64,000 nt of DNA from Marsupella aquatica (Eukaryota; Plantae; Marchantiophyta), in contig OZ316894.1 in NCBI GenBank assembly GCA_973895155.1, positions 5,232,944 to 5,296,943 of the forward strand, given 5' to 3'. A program made the translations under genes and the position numbers. Under the pieces are notes generated by a model, which saw nothing but the letters and a program-made list of their open reading frames with translations, ran no database searches and was not told the DNA's origin. This document shows positions 22,601-37,040 of this stretch, one piece after another; the first letter of the stretch is position 1, and each line of letters begins with the position of its first letter.

Positions 22601-24591
22601 TTGACCAATTTCAGAGGAGAAGCAAAGTGAGATCTTACCAGGGTAATTTCTAGGGTGTTTTTGCTGATTTGCCTAGGCAGTGAATGTTACCATGTGTCAA
22701 GGAGGAGATGCTAGACAATTGATGTGTCCATCCAAGTACCATTGTCAAACATTTTTGTCCGTCCCGCTTCCACTTCCAAAAAATGTCCTATTGATCTTTT
22801 TCATTTTTCTTTCCATTCTTTACGATCCTATATATCCCCCACACTAGTGGAAATTAGTAATCTGCCCCCAAAACTAAACTAATTATCAGATTCCCCATTT
22901 TGTGTACTGAGCTCGACTATACTGACCCAAGATTACTGGCATGCCAATGGGTTGCACCCCACTTTAACGGATGGAGGGGGTTAGCTTGGACAGATTATGA
23001 GCCTCAGTCCACTTGTCCCCAGACAAAAAACGGGGCATCTTGGGCTTGTCTAGTCTGGTTAAGCCAACCCACATACAAAATGGGGGCAACCTGGTGATTC
23101 ATTAGTTTTGGAGGCAGGTTAGTAAATTTGACTTGTTTGGGGATACGAAGTAAAAGATGTTTTTTTTTTTTTCTTTCCTTTTTTTGTTTAAATTTGGGGG
23201 GAGGGGGAACGGAAACCCTGACAGAGACAACAAGCCACAAAATCAGCCAGATGTCTCAGGTTCTATTAAGTATTTTTCCCAAATTCCATGAGATTTTTCT
23301 TGCAGGTTTTGCCTCACATGAGACATTACTTTTTGTAGCCACAAACTGCAAAGGTTTTTACTTTGAATTCTGTTGAGCTTTGAACTCTTGGGATACCTAC
23401 GGTAGTCTAAAACTATTCATAGTTGCAGACTCCAACAACAAAATCTTGATATTTGTGATTTGAGTTCACACTCAATTACCTACTGTCTTCCAGGTCATTC
23501 AAGGGGGGCATTCTCTTCAGATAGAAAGTCTGGACCTTCATTTTGAGTTTCAACAATAAATCTGAAACATTTTTCTGTTGTAGGTCAAACTTACCTACCA
23601 AATTCCCTTGAACAGGTGGCCCGGGCCTTGTATTCCAATAGTGCATGAGGGAGGAGTTCTACTGAAATCAAAAGCCCTACGGTAGACCTTGTATTTGCCT
23701 TTTTCAAACAGTAAGTTCTGGCAAGGATCATATAGAGCCCTGTTTGAAACATGGCTTAGAACTTTTCTAATGGAGACAAGGCAGTGCTTGTCTCACTACA
23801 TTGAAGACAAAGATTGCATGTGCAAACATAACAACAAAAATTCAATTCACTTCATATACCAGGCCTATCCTCCAACACAAAGTCCAGGTGTTCTATTACA
23901 GGATAGTCTCATGTTTTAAGAGATAACACTTTTTGTCGGACTCTGTGTTTCTGTAAATTTTCAACTCTACAATGCATGTTAACTTAAATCTAAAAGTTTC
24001 AAATCCTCATTTCCATCAATTTTGAGAAAGAGGGACTGAACCAGGTCCCTCCTGCGTCTTGTGGACTAGATGGGAACTCCAAAGTAGTTGAGATGTGGTT
24101 ACACCTCACTTGAACGCAGTCAACACCAGGTCCTTCTCCACTACTCAGGGTGCGCCAACTTGACTCAGAGCACAACTCAATCTGAAGAATATATATTAAG
24201 CCTTGGTAGGACTTAATATTTTACTGGATTACAGAATGAACCGTGTTGGAGCTGAAAATTACTTGGTGTGATCTATGAAGTTCAAGGTTCTTAACAAAAA
24301 ACGTTTGTACATCTCCAACACTCAATTCCTACATACTCAAAATCATGTTTTTTCCAAAATCCCTCTGATTTTGACCTAATCTGGCTTCTAGTGCATAATT
24401 ATGTAGGACTCCACATAGCCAGCCAGTTTGCTAACCAGAAAAGAAGTAACAAAACTTAGATTTTCTGGGCAATATGACACAAATTGGGCTAGTGAGAGAC
24501 TACGTGTGCTAGCGAAGTGGTGTCTATTTGAGTTTTTCCGTTATATGACAAAAACGTTTGCCAATGCCACCAAAAATTCTTCGCATGGTAC

Positions 24592-27500
24592 TTACACCCC
24601 GGCTGTCCTCAACAGGCGGTTTCCTTTCATAACATCTCTCTAAAGTATCAGAGGGCACATACGTCCAGCCCAAACTTTCCATTTGGAGTGGTCAAGTAAG
24701 GGACACAGTGTTACGAAAACTCGCATGCCCTCCGTTTTCGTTGTCTGGGCCGACTGCTCTGCTTTGCAACCTGAGCTCGTCACTTTGCTCCCTTTGTGGC
24801 AATGCCACTTGAACCGAGGACGACTTTCCCAAGCTTTCTGGCAGAGTCTTCAGTCTCCAGCAATACTCAAGTGTGACTTCTTTCAGAGAAGAGAGTTGCC
24901 CCAAACTGTCCGGAAGGCTCTCCAACGTACGACAACTCAAGATGGTGAGCCCTTCTAGAGAAGAGAGAGTTCCAAGCTCATCCGGCAATGTGTCCAAACT
25001 CCCCAACCTCTCCAGACTCAGGGCCCTTAATGACGAAAGGCTACCCAAACCTGCCGGGAGGATCCGTGTCTCCCGCCCTGTGAGAGTTAGCTCATGTTCA
25101 AAGCACCGAAAGTGTTCAAAAAGGTCGGGTGCCTCCTCATGCCCATCACAATCAAATACAACCTTTTGCAATGATGGAATTTGTCCGATGCCATCGAGTA
25201 GGCTTCTCGCGTTCTTTCCCGCCGCAAGAGTCACTTTCTTCAGAGACTGAAACTGCCGTACGCTCTCCGGCAGGCTTTCCAAGCTTCTTGACCGGATAGA
25301 GAATTCTTCCAGGGAAGAGAGGGTTCCAAAATCGTCGGGCAGCCTCTCCAATATAGAGCACTCCAATTTCAACCTTTGAAGAGACTTCAGACGGGAAAAG
25401 CTGTCTGGTAGGGTCTGCAGCTCATCAGCATCAAAACTGTCCAAGTACTGCAGCTGAAGGAGCTGGCCGAAATCCTCTGGCAACCTCTTCAATCTCTTAG
25501 CGTTTCTGAGACTCAATTCTCTCAAATTATGGAGCCCCCCCAAGCTCTCTGGCAGGCAGTCCAAGGTTGATGAATCAATTGACAACACTTCTAGTGAGGA
25601 GAGCTTTCCTAAGGTGTCTGGCAACTCCTCCAACTGGGGGCATTGTAATTTGAAAGTTTTCAATGAAGAAAGCTCCTCCATACTTTCAGGAAGAAGCTTA
25701 GCAACCGAAGACTTGAAAGTCAAATCACGCAGTGCATACAAGTTACCCACACTCAAAGGGAGAGTCTCCACCCTATCGACATTAAGCTCCAATTCCTCCA
25801 GTAGAGCAAGCTCTCCCAGGCTTTCGGGCAATATCTCCAATTTCGGACAAACTATCTTTAACTTGCGGAGAGACTTCAGACCGCAGAAACTTTCAGGTAA
25901 AGTCTCTAGGTGCGCAGATGAAATGTACAATTCCTTCAGTGCCGCCCATTCAGCGAAATCGTCGGGCAAGCTCCTTAGTTGTCCAGCCTCGCTAATGTGA
26001 AGTAATTCTAGTCCCGACAGAAGGCTGAAGCTCGGAGGGAGCCTTTCCAGCGCCACGCCATCCAAATACAGTACTCGTAGAGAGGCTAAGTTGCCAAAAG
26101 CATCCCCCAACTCTTCGAAGCCACGGCACCGCTCTATCCTTAATTGCTTGAGTCCCGAAAGCCGGGAGAAAGACTGCGGGAGACACTTGATCAACGGGCA
26201 CCTCCTGATGCGCACTTCTTCCAATGACGTGAGTGAACTGCCAAACGAGTCAGGGAGACCTGCAAGCTCTTCACAGTCTTCAATTTCTAACGTTGCAAGG
26301 CGGGATAGATTCCCTAAGGATTCAGGTAACGCCAAATATTGTATACTGGCAAGTTCAAGATGTTCGAGGGCTCGGAGGTTGCCAAGTGATTTCGGCAAAG
26401 TGAGAGACCTTAGATTCATCAACTCCAACCGTCTCAACCGAGATAGATTCCCAAAATTCTCAGGCAGATGGACCAAACCTTGTAGGTTAGATAGACACAA
26501 AATGCGCAGATTGGTCAGGTTCCCCAATGCTTCCGGAAACTCCTCTGGAATCCAAAGATTTGATAGTTCCAGCACAGCCAAATTCTCCATTTTGTTGAGG
26601 CTCAGCTCGAACTTTGACAATTTCAATAGGTCACGTCCGACAACCTCTAGAAGCGATATCTTCCTCGTGAGACCATTTCCCGAACCGTCTGTGGGGACAC
26701 GAGAAAGATCTATGTATTTCAATCCCTTCAGTTTAGCCAGCGAATCCAACTGAAGGGTCCTTCGGCGCTGGCGGGAATCAGAACGATACCAGAGCCTCAA
26801 GCATTTTGTCCTTACCTCCACCTGCACATTTAACGGTAATTATTAAATGATTATTTCCTAGCTACAAGTAGTGGTCGACTAAGAAGGCGAATATAAGGAA
26901 AGTAGGTATGGTTGAATTTTCTCCTTCTAGCCTACCTTGCATGATTTTAATAGGTACATCAGTTTACTGTACTGGAAAGAACCGTTACCTCCTTGTCATT
27001 CAACCGATCCACTGCTGAGTCTGATGATGCATCATCAGCATCATCAGTAGACAAAACCATGATGTCATTGGAAATATTCTGAGCCAAGTCTCGAAGCTGC
27101 TCATGGACCCACACTTCGTTGTTGATTTCTTTCACCAATGACCTGCTCACTAAGTTCTCCCACGTTGTTTGCATAGTTTGCGTTAGACTGCTCCATGCGG
27201 CAAGGGCCCGGTCCAATGGCTGTTCGAAAAAACATGACGCAGCCTCTGTGAACATCTCCTGTTCCTCTGGTAACAGGGCATCATAGCTTATCCTCAAGGA
27301 AGCCCACACTCTGTCCCTCTTCTCCCCAGTTATGGCTTGTGCTTCTCTCAACCTCTGTAGAGCTTCTATCCACACTTCAACATTTCTTCCTCTGAGGTAA
27401 GTGCCGATGACTTCCAACGTCAACGGCAACCCACCACATTTTTTTACCACTGCATTGACTTTGTCAATGAGAAAGTCTGGAACATCCTTCGATTCAAATG

Positions 27501-30212
27501 CATGATGGCAGAGTAGAGCCTTTGCATCATCGTCTTTTAAAAACTCTACCTCATGGACAATGCAACCTTTATAATATTTGAAAACTTCTTTGTCACGGCT
27601 TGTCATGATAATACAACTGCCCGCTCCAAAGTGCTCCAAGTTTGGTAGAGCTTTGAGCTGGTCCTGCGCATCTACGTCATCCATGCAATTAAAGATTTCT
27701 TGCTGCGCAAATGCTGCCACTCCATTGAACCCTTGCCTGGTTTCTTCCCATTGTGATGAAAGTGATTGAGAACCCGATCCTCCAATTTGTGTGATGGGAT
27801 GCCTTTTACATTATGCACACAGCACGTGTATTCAAAGTCTTTGGAAAGAATGTTAAATACATGCCTTGCAAGAGTGGTCTTGCCAATCCCACCCATGCCA
27901 AAAATTCCAAGAGTACCTCCACCAACAAGGTTCTCCTTCACATCCAAGGCGCGTCTCTCCAAATCAAGAGGGAAGTTTGGAAGCCCATGAACTTCATGAA
28001 CAGGCACTTCCACCTGACGAGATCAAATAATTTGGATCAGAACACTCGGAATTATAGATAGCAACTACAGAGTTCATATGACAACAATCATTCATGGTTG
28101 AACCCAGCGGTATGCTTAGCTCTAAAAACATTCCGAAGCTAGAGGAGCATATGGTGAACTAGGAGGGTATTTGGGTTTTGGAGGATGTGAACATTTAAGA
28201 AAACGATGTTGCGACTAGCCAGCTAGATTGAGGCTATACAACTTTCAGAAATATGTGGAAAGCAAGAGACTTTTGGTCTATGGCCCGTGCAGACTCTTTC
28301 ACTCCTCAAAGCTGGACCTCTGATATGATCGATTTAACAACTATCCAGTCAATATCTATGGTCTTGCCCATGGAACCAGATGTTGACCAAGTGAGATTAT
28401 AACAACTGGAAGTAAATTATCCCACTAGCACTGAACTTACCGCCTAAGGTATATATAGCATTCATAACAATCTGTGGACATTCTTCGTGGTCTACTTCAG
28501 AAAAGTCTCTATCATTTTAGGGGACTTGCTCTCTGTATCCACTCTTATTGTTTCTCCTCGAAGCCAAGTTTTGCAATGCAACAGTTACTTTGGGTTTGAG
28601 AGAACGAAAATCTTGAGTTTCTTCTTCATCCTAAATTTCCGATAACATATGTCATCAACAATTCCTATGATTATTTGTTGCCAGCTTTCAAGGAAATACT
28701 CTGTGACACGCTAACAACTCAACGTTAAGATGAGATCACGAAGCCAAACGTAGGAACAATTCAGTGCCAGCCATCGGCTGCATAATCCTACCTTCATATC
28801 GTCAACAATGTGTATGAGGAAGTCCTTCAGTTTGTGGAAGCTCCTTGACGACTTGGTCCTTGGTCGACAAATGGAAAAGTGGTCTGCTCCGTCTACAACA
28901 TTAAAATTGTCCTTCCTCACAGATGCCTCAGGGCCCACCATGACTTCCCTACCAAACCAGCCCTGCCCATCAATGGCCAAAAGTTGAACTTCATTAGATC
29001 ACAACTGTGTGCCTGTCTCCATCTTAGGCTTTGAGAACAGACTTTTCCACACCTCAGAATCGGCAGTCCAAAGGAACAAGTGCTTGTAGATTACTCAAAT
29101 CTTACTCCAGCATTGAGAAAATGCCGCTGGAAACCATATGCTAGAAGGTTGAATGCTCTGACAGCATCAATTGTTACTTTATGCAGAATTCTACCAATTG
29201 CTACTCATTCACAACAGTAGGCAATGCGAGATTCTGATTAAATGATTGGGTAGCAATCGCAGTTGTACCAAATTTGTAGGGCGGCCTTCTCCAAGTCCTG
29301 CAAACTGCCATTTCTCATACACTTTACGTATGGTATCAAATCGACTATTCAGCCGTTCCGTGTCTCTACTCAACGTTTTGAAGAACGTTATCAAAGCACC
29401 TCCTCTTTTATCTACCAGACGGTCTGCAGCAGGGCTTCCGTGATGAGGGGTAGCATAATAAAATACCCCGCTGATGTTGTTCACCAACTTCTCCAACTTC
29501 TTCCTCTCGAAATCTCGGCGCACTTGGAGTCTCTCATGCGCTTGGCAACACAATTCTTTGATCACCAATCCTCCAATGGAGTGGCCCACCAATACAATTG
29601 GACAATTCGATTCTTGCCCAATGTTGGCCATCAGAAGATCTGAGATCAGATTTTCCCCTAAATTGAACATATCATTGTTATCGTTTGAGTTCTTTCTTAG
29701 GATTGCACTGTAAGACACTGAAAATATCTGAGCTTCAGGAATGTCCTCAACCAACCACTCCTGCGGCCAGATGCAGGAGTCATCCTCACATTTCCATGTA
29801 GACAGATGTGGGTCTCTGCTGTTTGGCCCCAACTGGAGGCCATGGAAAAACACAACCTGTATGATCGTTCTGCCTGCAGGCTTGTACAACTGGTACACGG
29901 AGTCATTTACCTGAGAAAACCAATCACAATGAGAAAAAAGGGACTGCGAATGTCACCAGTCGTGCTCTGCATGGATGACAGAGGCTCGACTCGGCTTGGA
30001 AGCAACGTCTTGAACAGCTTTAATGGCATTGCTAAGGGATGCTCAAGAGCTTTCCAAATTGACTCAACTACAAAAACAAACCTAAAGCGATTTGGACAAG
30101 TAGACTCAACGAAAAAGCAAAAAACCTCGAAGCCCGATTTTAGGGGATCTGGACTGTGTATTACCTTAAAAGTTTGAGAAGACCCTTGCGGTCTGGATGA
30201 GGCACCCAACAT
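24592..30212 (-). pseudogene. HNL copy 2, frameshifted as assembled (may be intact in vivo)
   Basis: Exons 30212-30165, 29910-29269, 28962-28792, 28013-26989 and 26821-24592. A 1 bp deletion at 27685 just before Walker B, and further 1 bp indels at 24763-65, 24682-84 and 24597-600 in the C-terminal tail. All motifs are otherwise retained. Confidence 0.85.
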
Positions 30213-33103
30213 TGGGTGGCAAGGACTTAAGAGCTTTGGGGACAATCAATGGGCCGTAGCAACAAGGAACCCACAAATCAAGTTTAGGGAAGGCTACTGA
30301 TATCGTATACAGGAATCACCGTCTTGATATTCAGCGTCTTTCTCATATCATTTAGGAGACTCATCCACTCACTTAAAAGTAGAGCAACTGGTGTACTCAG
30401 TTTAGGACTCGGTACTGAATTGGAAGACGACTATTTGAGGGGTTCAGGACGTATCCGGTAGAAGTTTGTGAACCAAGACTAGAAATAAATTTGACATTTT
30501 CATGTCATTGTGAACTGGAGCAAAGTATGAATTACATATGCCGAAGTCTAATTTCAGGAAAACGGTTCTCAGAAGAATGCCGCACGTATAAATCCGCAAT
30601 GGTGACGTGGAGGCAACGGTCGGAATTGTGCATAGTTAATACGACCACCGACTTGGACTCTCCTCGATCCATATACATCAGGAGCTCCAGAGGTCTAGAG
30701 TGGGACCGACCTGAATACAAACTGAACAGTTTGCTTTGTGTAGAACAAGGGAATGTTGATGTAAATGGTGACAATTTAGTCTAAGATAAAACTACGCATT
30801 GGTCACGCTGGCTAAAAGAGGAAACTAGGCCGATCCTCCGTCTCTTCTTTCCCCTGGACTGCTGTGACTTCTGCAATTGCACATTCGAGACAATATCCGA
30901 ACACATTGTTAGTGATCTCTGTCTCACAGCATGTGTGGTATGAAGACGACATAATTGTTCGCACTTGCGGGTGGACGACAGGGAATGCACGATGCAGTCG
31001 AGGTGGCAGAGAGACATTACTCAAAAACAAAAGCGGCGAACGACAATGGAATTTGAGGTGGGAAATGGACGAAGACATCTGTTTTTGAACACTGTCTGCC
31101 TCCGTCCAACGAGCCTTTCTGAGCTCCAGGAGGTGAGGGTGAAGGTTGATCAGGGAACGATTTATTGACAAGGTTGATCAGTTCATTAGAGATCAAAAAT
31201 AAGTCACTGTTCGGTCAGTTTCCTTCGGTACTGAAGGATCAGCCGGGCTCTCAACAGGTGAATAGCGTGATTAACTGAAATCTTCTGTAGATGAGCTTGC
31301 AAACCATAGCTCTTCACGAATTGGGTGTCTAGCAGTCCAGGACATCCCTATTGAACAGGCCCAAACGAAGTGGGGAACAACATCACGCGAAAATGAACCC
31401 AAAACGCACAATTTCTGTGGCTAACCATGAGCTAGAAGTATCGTGCAATACCTGATGAACGCGTTTTCTGGTTTCTCAAGCTCACGTAAAAAAATCGACC
31501 GTCCCACAGCACAGTGAAGTTGACCTTGTCGAGGCCGTTCACGTCCCTTCAATATCATCAGTCGTCCGCACTGTAGAACAATTGGAAATCAGAAGGAATC
31601 ACGAAAAGATAGAAGCAACTGACGATAATCTGATGCCACACGGTCACCTGGTACACCGGTTCTAATCCTAGAGCCTAGCGAAAGCCTGCAGAACAAGTGT
31701 GGACGGCTTGCATTGTGTGATGTTTGTACGAGAACAATTCCTTGGGATTGTGTGACTTTTGGTGCTTGGACCGATTGACCTGGCTTTAAAGTTTACCCTT
31801 CTAATGCTCATCCTACCAAGTCAGCACTTGAAGGAATTGTAAACTATGAATTTTCCTAGGGGCCCACCGTCCAGCGAAGCTATGCCGGCCCTACTGAGGA
31901 GTCCACCGAGGGACCATAGCGACTGTAAACCTGACGTGTTGAGTTTGTTCCCTTTTGCATTAGGTCGCCTGTTTGACTTGAGCGAAAGGAAGGTTGCCCC
32001 TGCAGCAATCGGTTTTAGTGGACGAGAGATTTTTTTACATGATGATATAAGTTGAACTTTGTTGAACTGATGGATAATTTACAAGACCAAGCTAACTTGG
32101 AAAGTTGGTCAGTCCGGGTATTTTGCTCTTGCAACTTGAGAGCTTGTTGATATCAAGAATCATCTACAACCTTGTTTTGTAGATGATTAGCAGGTTGCAG
32201 TGTGTTCAGATCCGGCCACATCCATTTGTAGATTAAAATAGATTTCAAATCTTGTGCAATTTTGGCGGACAGCATTTCACACGTAGAATCGAAGGCAGAT
32301 GCATGATGGATATCGATGTAATATTCGGGTAGAGCTCATGAAAACACCTGCCAATTTTAAAGCAATTTGTTCAAAATTAAGGAGGCATATTTGGGTTTTC
32401 TTCCGGAACTTCTCCATAGGAATACGAACTTAATGGATAGAAATTTGCAGGGCTTCAATCATTCCACAGCTTTGGTCAAGGAAAATTGCTGCTTGGAAAT
32501 TTTTGCGTGTGGAAATACAGTTTCTGAGAAGGGACAAGATTGAATTTCAATATTTCTGTCACCCACAAATTTTGCTGCATATCATCACCAGAATTCAGCC
32601 AGAGATATGCAAAATGTGGAATTCTGTAGATCAATTGAACCACATATCTCCTGCCCGAACTCGCATTTGAAAAGTTAGACATTGGAGAGTGACCATAACT
32701 TGTCACTACTTGACCTCTTGCCCAAGCATGACAAAAGCACCCAATGCTAATGCCAGTTGCTTTGGATGAAATCCTGATTGCGTTAGTGATGGGAGAGGAA
32801 ATGGGAGACTGCACCATCCACTCGGGCATTCACTCGTCGCGGAGATTGTACCTTATTTTATTTCAGCATCCTCTGCGATAGCTCCGTCTGCCGCTGCATG
32901 AAATGCAGACACGCAATTCAAGACCTAGGAGTTTGGAAAAGGAGAGACAACTCAAAATGACCTTCACTATCAGCTATGTATTGGTACTGCGATTGCCGTC
33001 ATAGCCACTTTCAGTAGAAATGTGCAAGCATTTTGAGTGATAAACTAAGGGCAGTGTTGTACTTCGTGGCACAGAAGTAGGCGACCATTGATTGACTATA
33101 AAC

Positions 33104-33275
33104 TTAGACTGCCACAAATGGAATCAATCCGGGGTGAAAGGAAGACCCTATCCATTTGGATCTCATCTGAGCACTGGTGGCTGCGGGAACTGGGAAACAT
33201 GTACACCTATCCTCGTGAACGTTGTATGCAAGGACTCGACTGCCAGAGTCCACCCTGGAAAAAATGTAGTTACCA
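33104..33275 (-). pseudogene. F-box gene remnant, unit 3 (last ~55 codons)
   Basis: Matches 18929-19100, then jumps at about 33276 to sequence homologous to about 21427 (a deletion). Confidence 0.75.
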
Positions 33276-33317
33276 TGGCAGGGTTGGTGATGGCTTTCTG
33301 GTCAAATTCATGGAGGC

Positions 33318-33460
33318 CTCTGTTCTCATGGTGGTTGTTAGTAACCCACCTAGCCTGTGTTGTTCTCATGGTGGTTGTTAGTAACCCACCTAGGTTGTTA
33401 GTAACCCACTTAGCCCGTGTTGTTCTCAGGGTGGTTTGTTAGGAACCCACCTAGCCTGTG
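33318..33460. repeat. ~40 bp minisatellite, copy number differs between units
   Basis: tgttctcatggtggttgttagtaacccacctagcctgtgt: 3-4 copies here, 2 at about 6830-6912 and 1 at about 21467-21508. Confidence 0.85.
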
Positions 33461-33600
33461 TGCTCTTGGGCAGAAGTAAGATGGCCAGGCAGTTGCATAC
33501 TGCCTGGTGTAGGTGAGCGGTATGGCTAGTGGATTTCAATTAGTGTGCAAGTTGCAAGGAAAGTGATGGGTTGGACATGGAAATGGTGCACCCTACAGTG

Positions 33601-33781
33601 GGAGAGATATGCTTAGTAGACCATTTTCTGGAAAAAGTTTGCTTAATCAACCCCCTCTATACTTTTGTCCAATCTGGACTGTTGATGGACCTCTCAATGT
33701 CAGATCTGGACAGTTCATAGACCTCAGGGGGTAGATCAAGTAACAAATTTCATTTTGGGGGTTGATCAAGCAAATACCTCC
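33601..33781. mobile_element. MITE-like non-autonomous DNA element (Mutator- or hAT-like)
   Basis: Absent at the homologous sites 7071-7090 and 21681-21700. Flanked by ctacagtg/ctacagcg (TSD 8-10 bp depending on the boundary chosen). Imperfect TIR ggagagatatgctt / aagcaaatacctcc and an internal inverted repeat tttgcttaatcaaccccc / gggggttgatcaagcaaa. Confidence 0.8.
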
Positions 33782-36287
33782 CTACAGCGGCCCCTGAAGT
33801 TACCTCTCATAGTTAGGAAAAGATGTCCCATGAAGTTACTTCTCATGGTTAAGGAAAAGATGTCACTGTAATGCAACCTCACCTTACTCGAACTGCCAAG
33901 GAGGCTTCCCACCAGATGAGATTTTGTAGAGCACACTATGAGAAAGAAATAGTAGGATTGCACATTGTAGTGTTTAGAAAGATACAATTTCATATACTCT
34001 GAGTCCCTTTAATTTTCAGGCACTCTCTCATGAGTTCCCTATCAGTCAAATTATTACTCACTCCCCATCAGCTGTCTTGCTCGTTTATAAAACTCTATCA
34101 GGCACTTCCCACTAGGCAATTTCTTCTGGGCTGATCTTGCTGAAAGGCCTTTTCTTGCAGTAGTCTTGCCAAGGAGGAAAATTCCACTGAGCTGATCTTG
34201 CTGACTCATTGTTTTGCTTGGCCGCCTTTATGACTGAACATTGCTAGGGAAAAGAATCCACTTGTCCAAACTTGTTGATTCACCCCTTCAACTCGGCAGT
34301 CCTGCTGAGGAGGACCGTTCATTACAAAAAGCACTGATGGAAAGAGTGATACCTGATACCAACAACGGAAAACTTAATGGGGTTATGACACTCGAGATAT
34401 CATGTTAGTTGCATCACTTGGTCTGGGAGTAAGGACGAGTGGAAAGATAGCTAGACTCCTGAGACACTTACTGACCTGTTGATCACTCAACCTGGCAATT
34501 AAAGATTTGCTCTGGAACCAAGCTATGAAGCTACAAAGTACTCTGTAGGTAATGTTTTGCGTGCTAAGTTGAAGCAACAGGTATGCCCTGTTGCAAGGTT
34601 TGAAAAATCTTCCCCATTTGTTGAGAAGAAATGAGCTGCCTCTAATGTATCTTTTAGAGTTAGTAAATCCTTGAAGGAGGTCTTGCTATGTGCATGGTTG
34701 ACCAATTTCAGAGGAGAAGCAAAGTGAGATCTTACCAGGGTAATTTCTAGGGTGTTTTGCTGATTTGCGTAGGCAGTGAATGTTACCATGTGTCAAGGAG
34801 GAGATGCTAGAAAATTCATGTGTGCGTCCAAGTACCATTGTCAAGCATTTTTGTCCATCCCCGCTTCAACTTGCAAACAATGTCCTATTGGTCTTTTTTC
34901 ATTTTTTCTTTTCATTCTTTATATATCCCCCACACTAGTGGAAATTACTAATCTGCCCCAAAAACTAGACTAATTATCAGAGTGCCCCCATTTTGTTAAT
35001 GGGTTGGCTTAGCTAGACCATACTGACCCAAGATTACTGGCATACCATTGGGTTGTGCCCCACTTTAATGGCTGGAGGGGGTTAGCTTGGACAAATTATG
35101 AGTCTCAATTCACGTGTCCCAAGACAAAATAAGTGGCATCTTGGGCTTGTCTAGTCTGATTAATCCAACCCACATACAAAATGGGGGCAACCTGGTGATT
35201 CATTAATTTTGGAGGCAGGTTAGTAAATTTGACTTGTTTGGGGGTAGGAAAGTGAAAGATGGGTTTTTCCTTTTTAATTTTTTTTAAAAATGTGGGGGAG
35301 GGGAAGGGAAACCCTGTCCAAGACAACATTCAAGCCACAAAACTAGCCAGATGTCTCAGGTTCTATTAAGTTTTTTTCCCCAAATCTTATGAGATTTCTC
35401 ATTATTTTTCTTGCAGCTTTTGCATTACATGAGACATTACAGAATTCGTTGCAACTTTTGGTAGCCACAAACTGGAAAGGTTTTTTCTTTAAATTCTGTT
35501 GAGCTTGGAACTGTTGGGATATCTAGGTTAAAATACTTATAGTTGCAAACTCCAACAACAAAAATCTTCATTTTTTCATTTGAGTTCAAACTTAATTACC
35601 TACTGTCTTCCTGGGTCTTTCAAGGGGGCATTCTCTTCAGATAGAAAGTCTGGACCTTCAATTTGAGTTTCAACCATGAATTTGGAATATTTTTCTGTTG
35701 TGGGTCGAACTTACCTACCAACTTCCCCTGAACAGGTGGCCCGGGCATTGTATTTGAACAGTGCATGAGGGAGGGAATTCTACTGAAATCAAAAGCCCTA
35801 CGGTAGACCTTGAGTTTGCCTTTTTCAAACAGTAAGTTCTGGCAAGGATCATATAGAGCCCTGTTTGAAACATGGCTTAGAACTTTTCTAATGGAGACAA
35901 GGTCGTGTTTGTCTCACTCCATTGAAGACAAAGATTGCATGTGCAAACATAACAACAAAAATTCAATTCACTTGATATACCAAGCCTATCCTCCAACACA
36001 AAGTCCAGGTGTTCTATTACAGGATAGCCTCATGTTTTAAGAGATAACACATTTGTCGGACTCCGTGTTTCTGTAATTTTTCAAGTCTACAATGGATGAT
36101 AACTTAAATCTAAAAGTTTCAAATCCTCATTTCCATCAATTTTGGGAAAGAGGGACTTTTCCAGGTCCCTCCTGCGTCCAAATTTTAGGTTTTATATAAA
36201 TGTTTTCTATAAGGGATTGGAGATGCAAATGTAGAAAAGCTTGATAACCTATTGGAATTGTTAAATTCCATAGAAAAGGGATCACAA

Positions 36288-36632
36288 TGTTGAGCATAGA
36301 CGACGATCGCAACGGCAAGCCCATGAACCATCCAACGCACAATAGTCGACACAGAGAGATATGTGGTTCACCTCCACATGAGGCTACGTCCACGGGAACA
36401 CACAAGAGCTTTACTGCACTCTAGGCCGACCGGCCATACCAAGCATCCACAACACAAGCTGTCCCTATCTCTCAACTGGCTTCGTAACAATGAGCCTGAG
36501 TTCCTTTTCTCCAAGCAAACACCGCTTGGTTATAGAGTGTGCACAGCATGACTAACGTAACCAAGTCTACGACTAAGGTTAGCCTTAACTACGGTGCAGT
36601 CATGACTCTAGACCTAAGAGTAAATCCTAACA
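36288..36632. mobile_element. 345 bp solo LTR (copia-like size)
   Basis: Termini TGTTGA...CTAACA with a perfect 5 bp TSD cacaa (36283-87 and 36633-37). The site is empty in units 1 and 4 (ggatcacaaacacatt at about 9485 and 55205). Confidence 0.9.
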
Positions 36633-36942
36633 CACAAATACATTCAGTTGAATAAATAATTTTTGTAAATAATTTTAATTTGAGCAGGTGTTGATTCTAA
36701 ATCTAGTTTTGTGGATTTTATGCTTAGTAAAAAAGGTCTTAAAACATCAGGCTATCTATTCCAGGATAGCCTCATGTTTTAAGAGATAACACTTTTTGTC
36801 TCTTAACACTTTTTGTCGGACTCTGTGTTTCTGTAATTTTTCAACTCTACAATGCATGTTAACTTAAATCTAAAAGTTTCAAATCCTCATTTCCATCAAT
36901 TTTGGGAAAGAGGGATTTAACCAGGTCCCTCCTGCGTCTTGT

Positions 36943-37040
36943 GGACTAGATGGGCACCATAGATGGATTTTAGACTTTACCAGCCCATCTGAGGACTAGA
37001 TGGGCACCATAGATGGATTTTAGACTTTACCAGCCCAACT
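36943..37040. repeat. 50 bp tandem duplication specific to unit 3
   Basis: ggactagatgggcaccatagatggattttagactttaccagccca starts at 36943 and again at 36993. Units 1 and 4 have a single copy. Confidence 0.9.

Noticed and set aside
33318-33460. Short regular repeats as a CRISPR-like array
   Set aside because: Head-to-tail repeats with no unique spacers, in eukaryotic context with no cas genes. It is a minisatellite.
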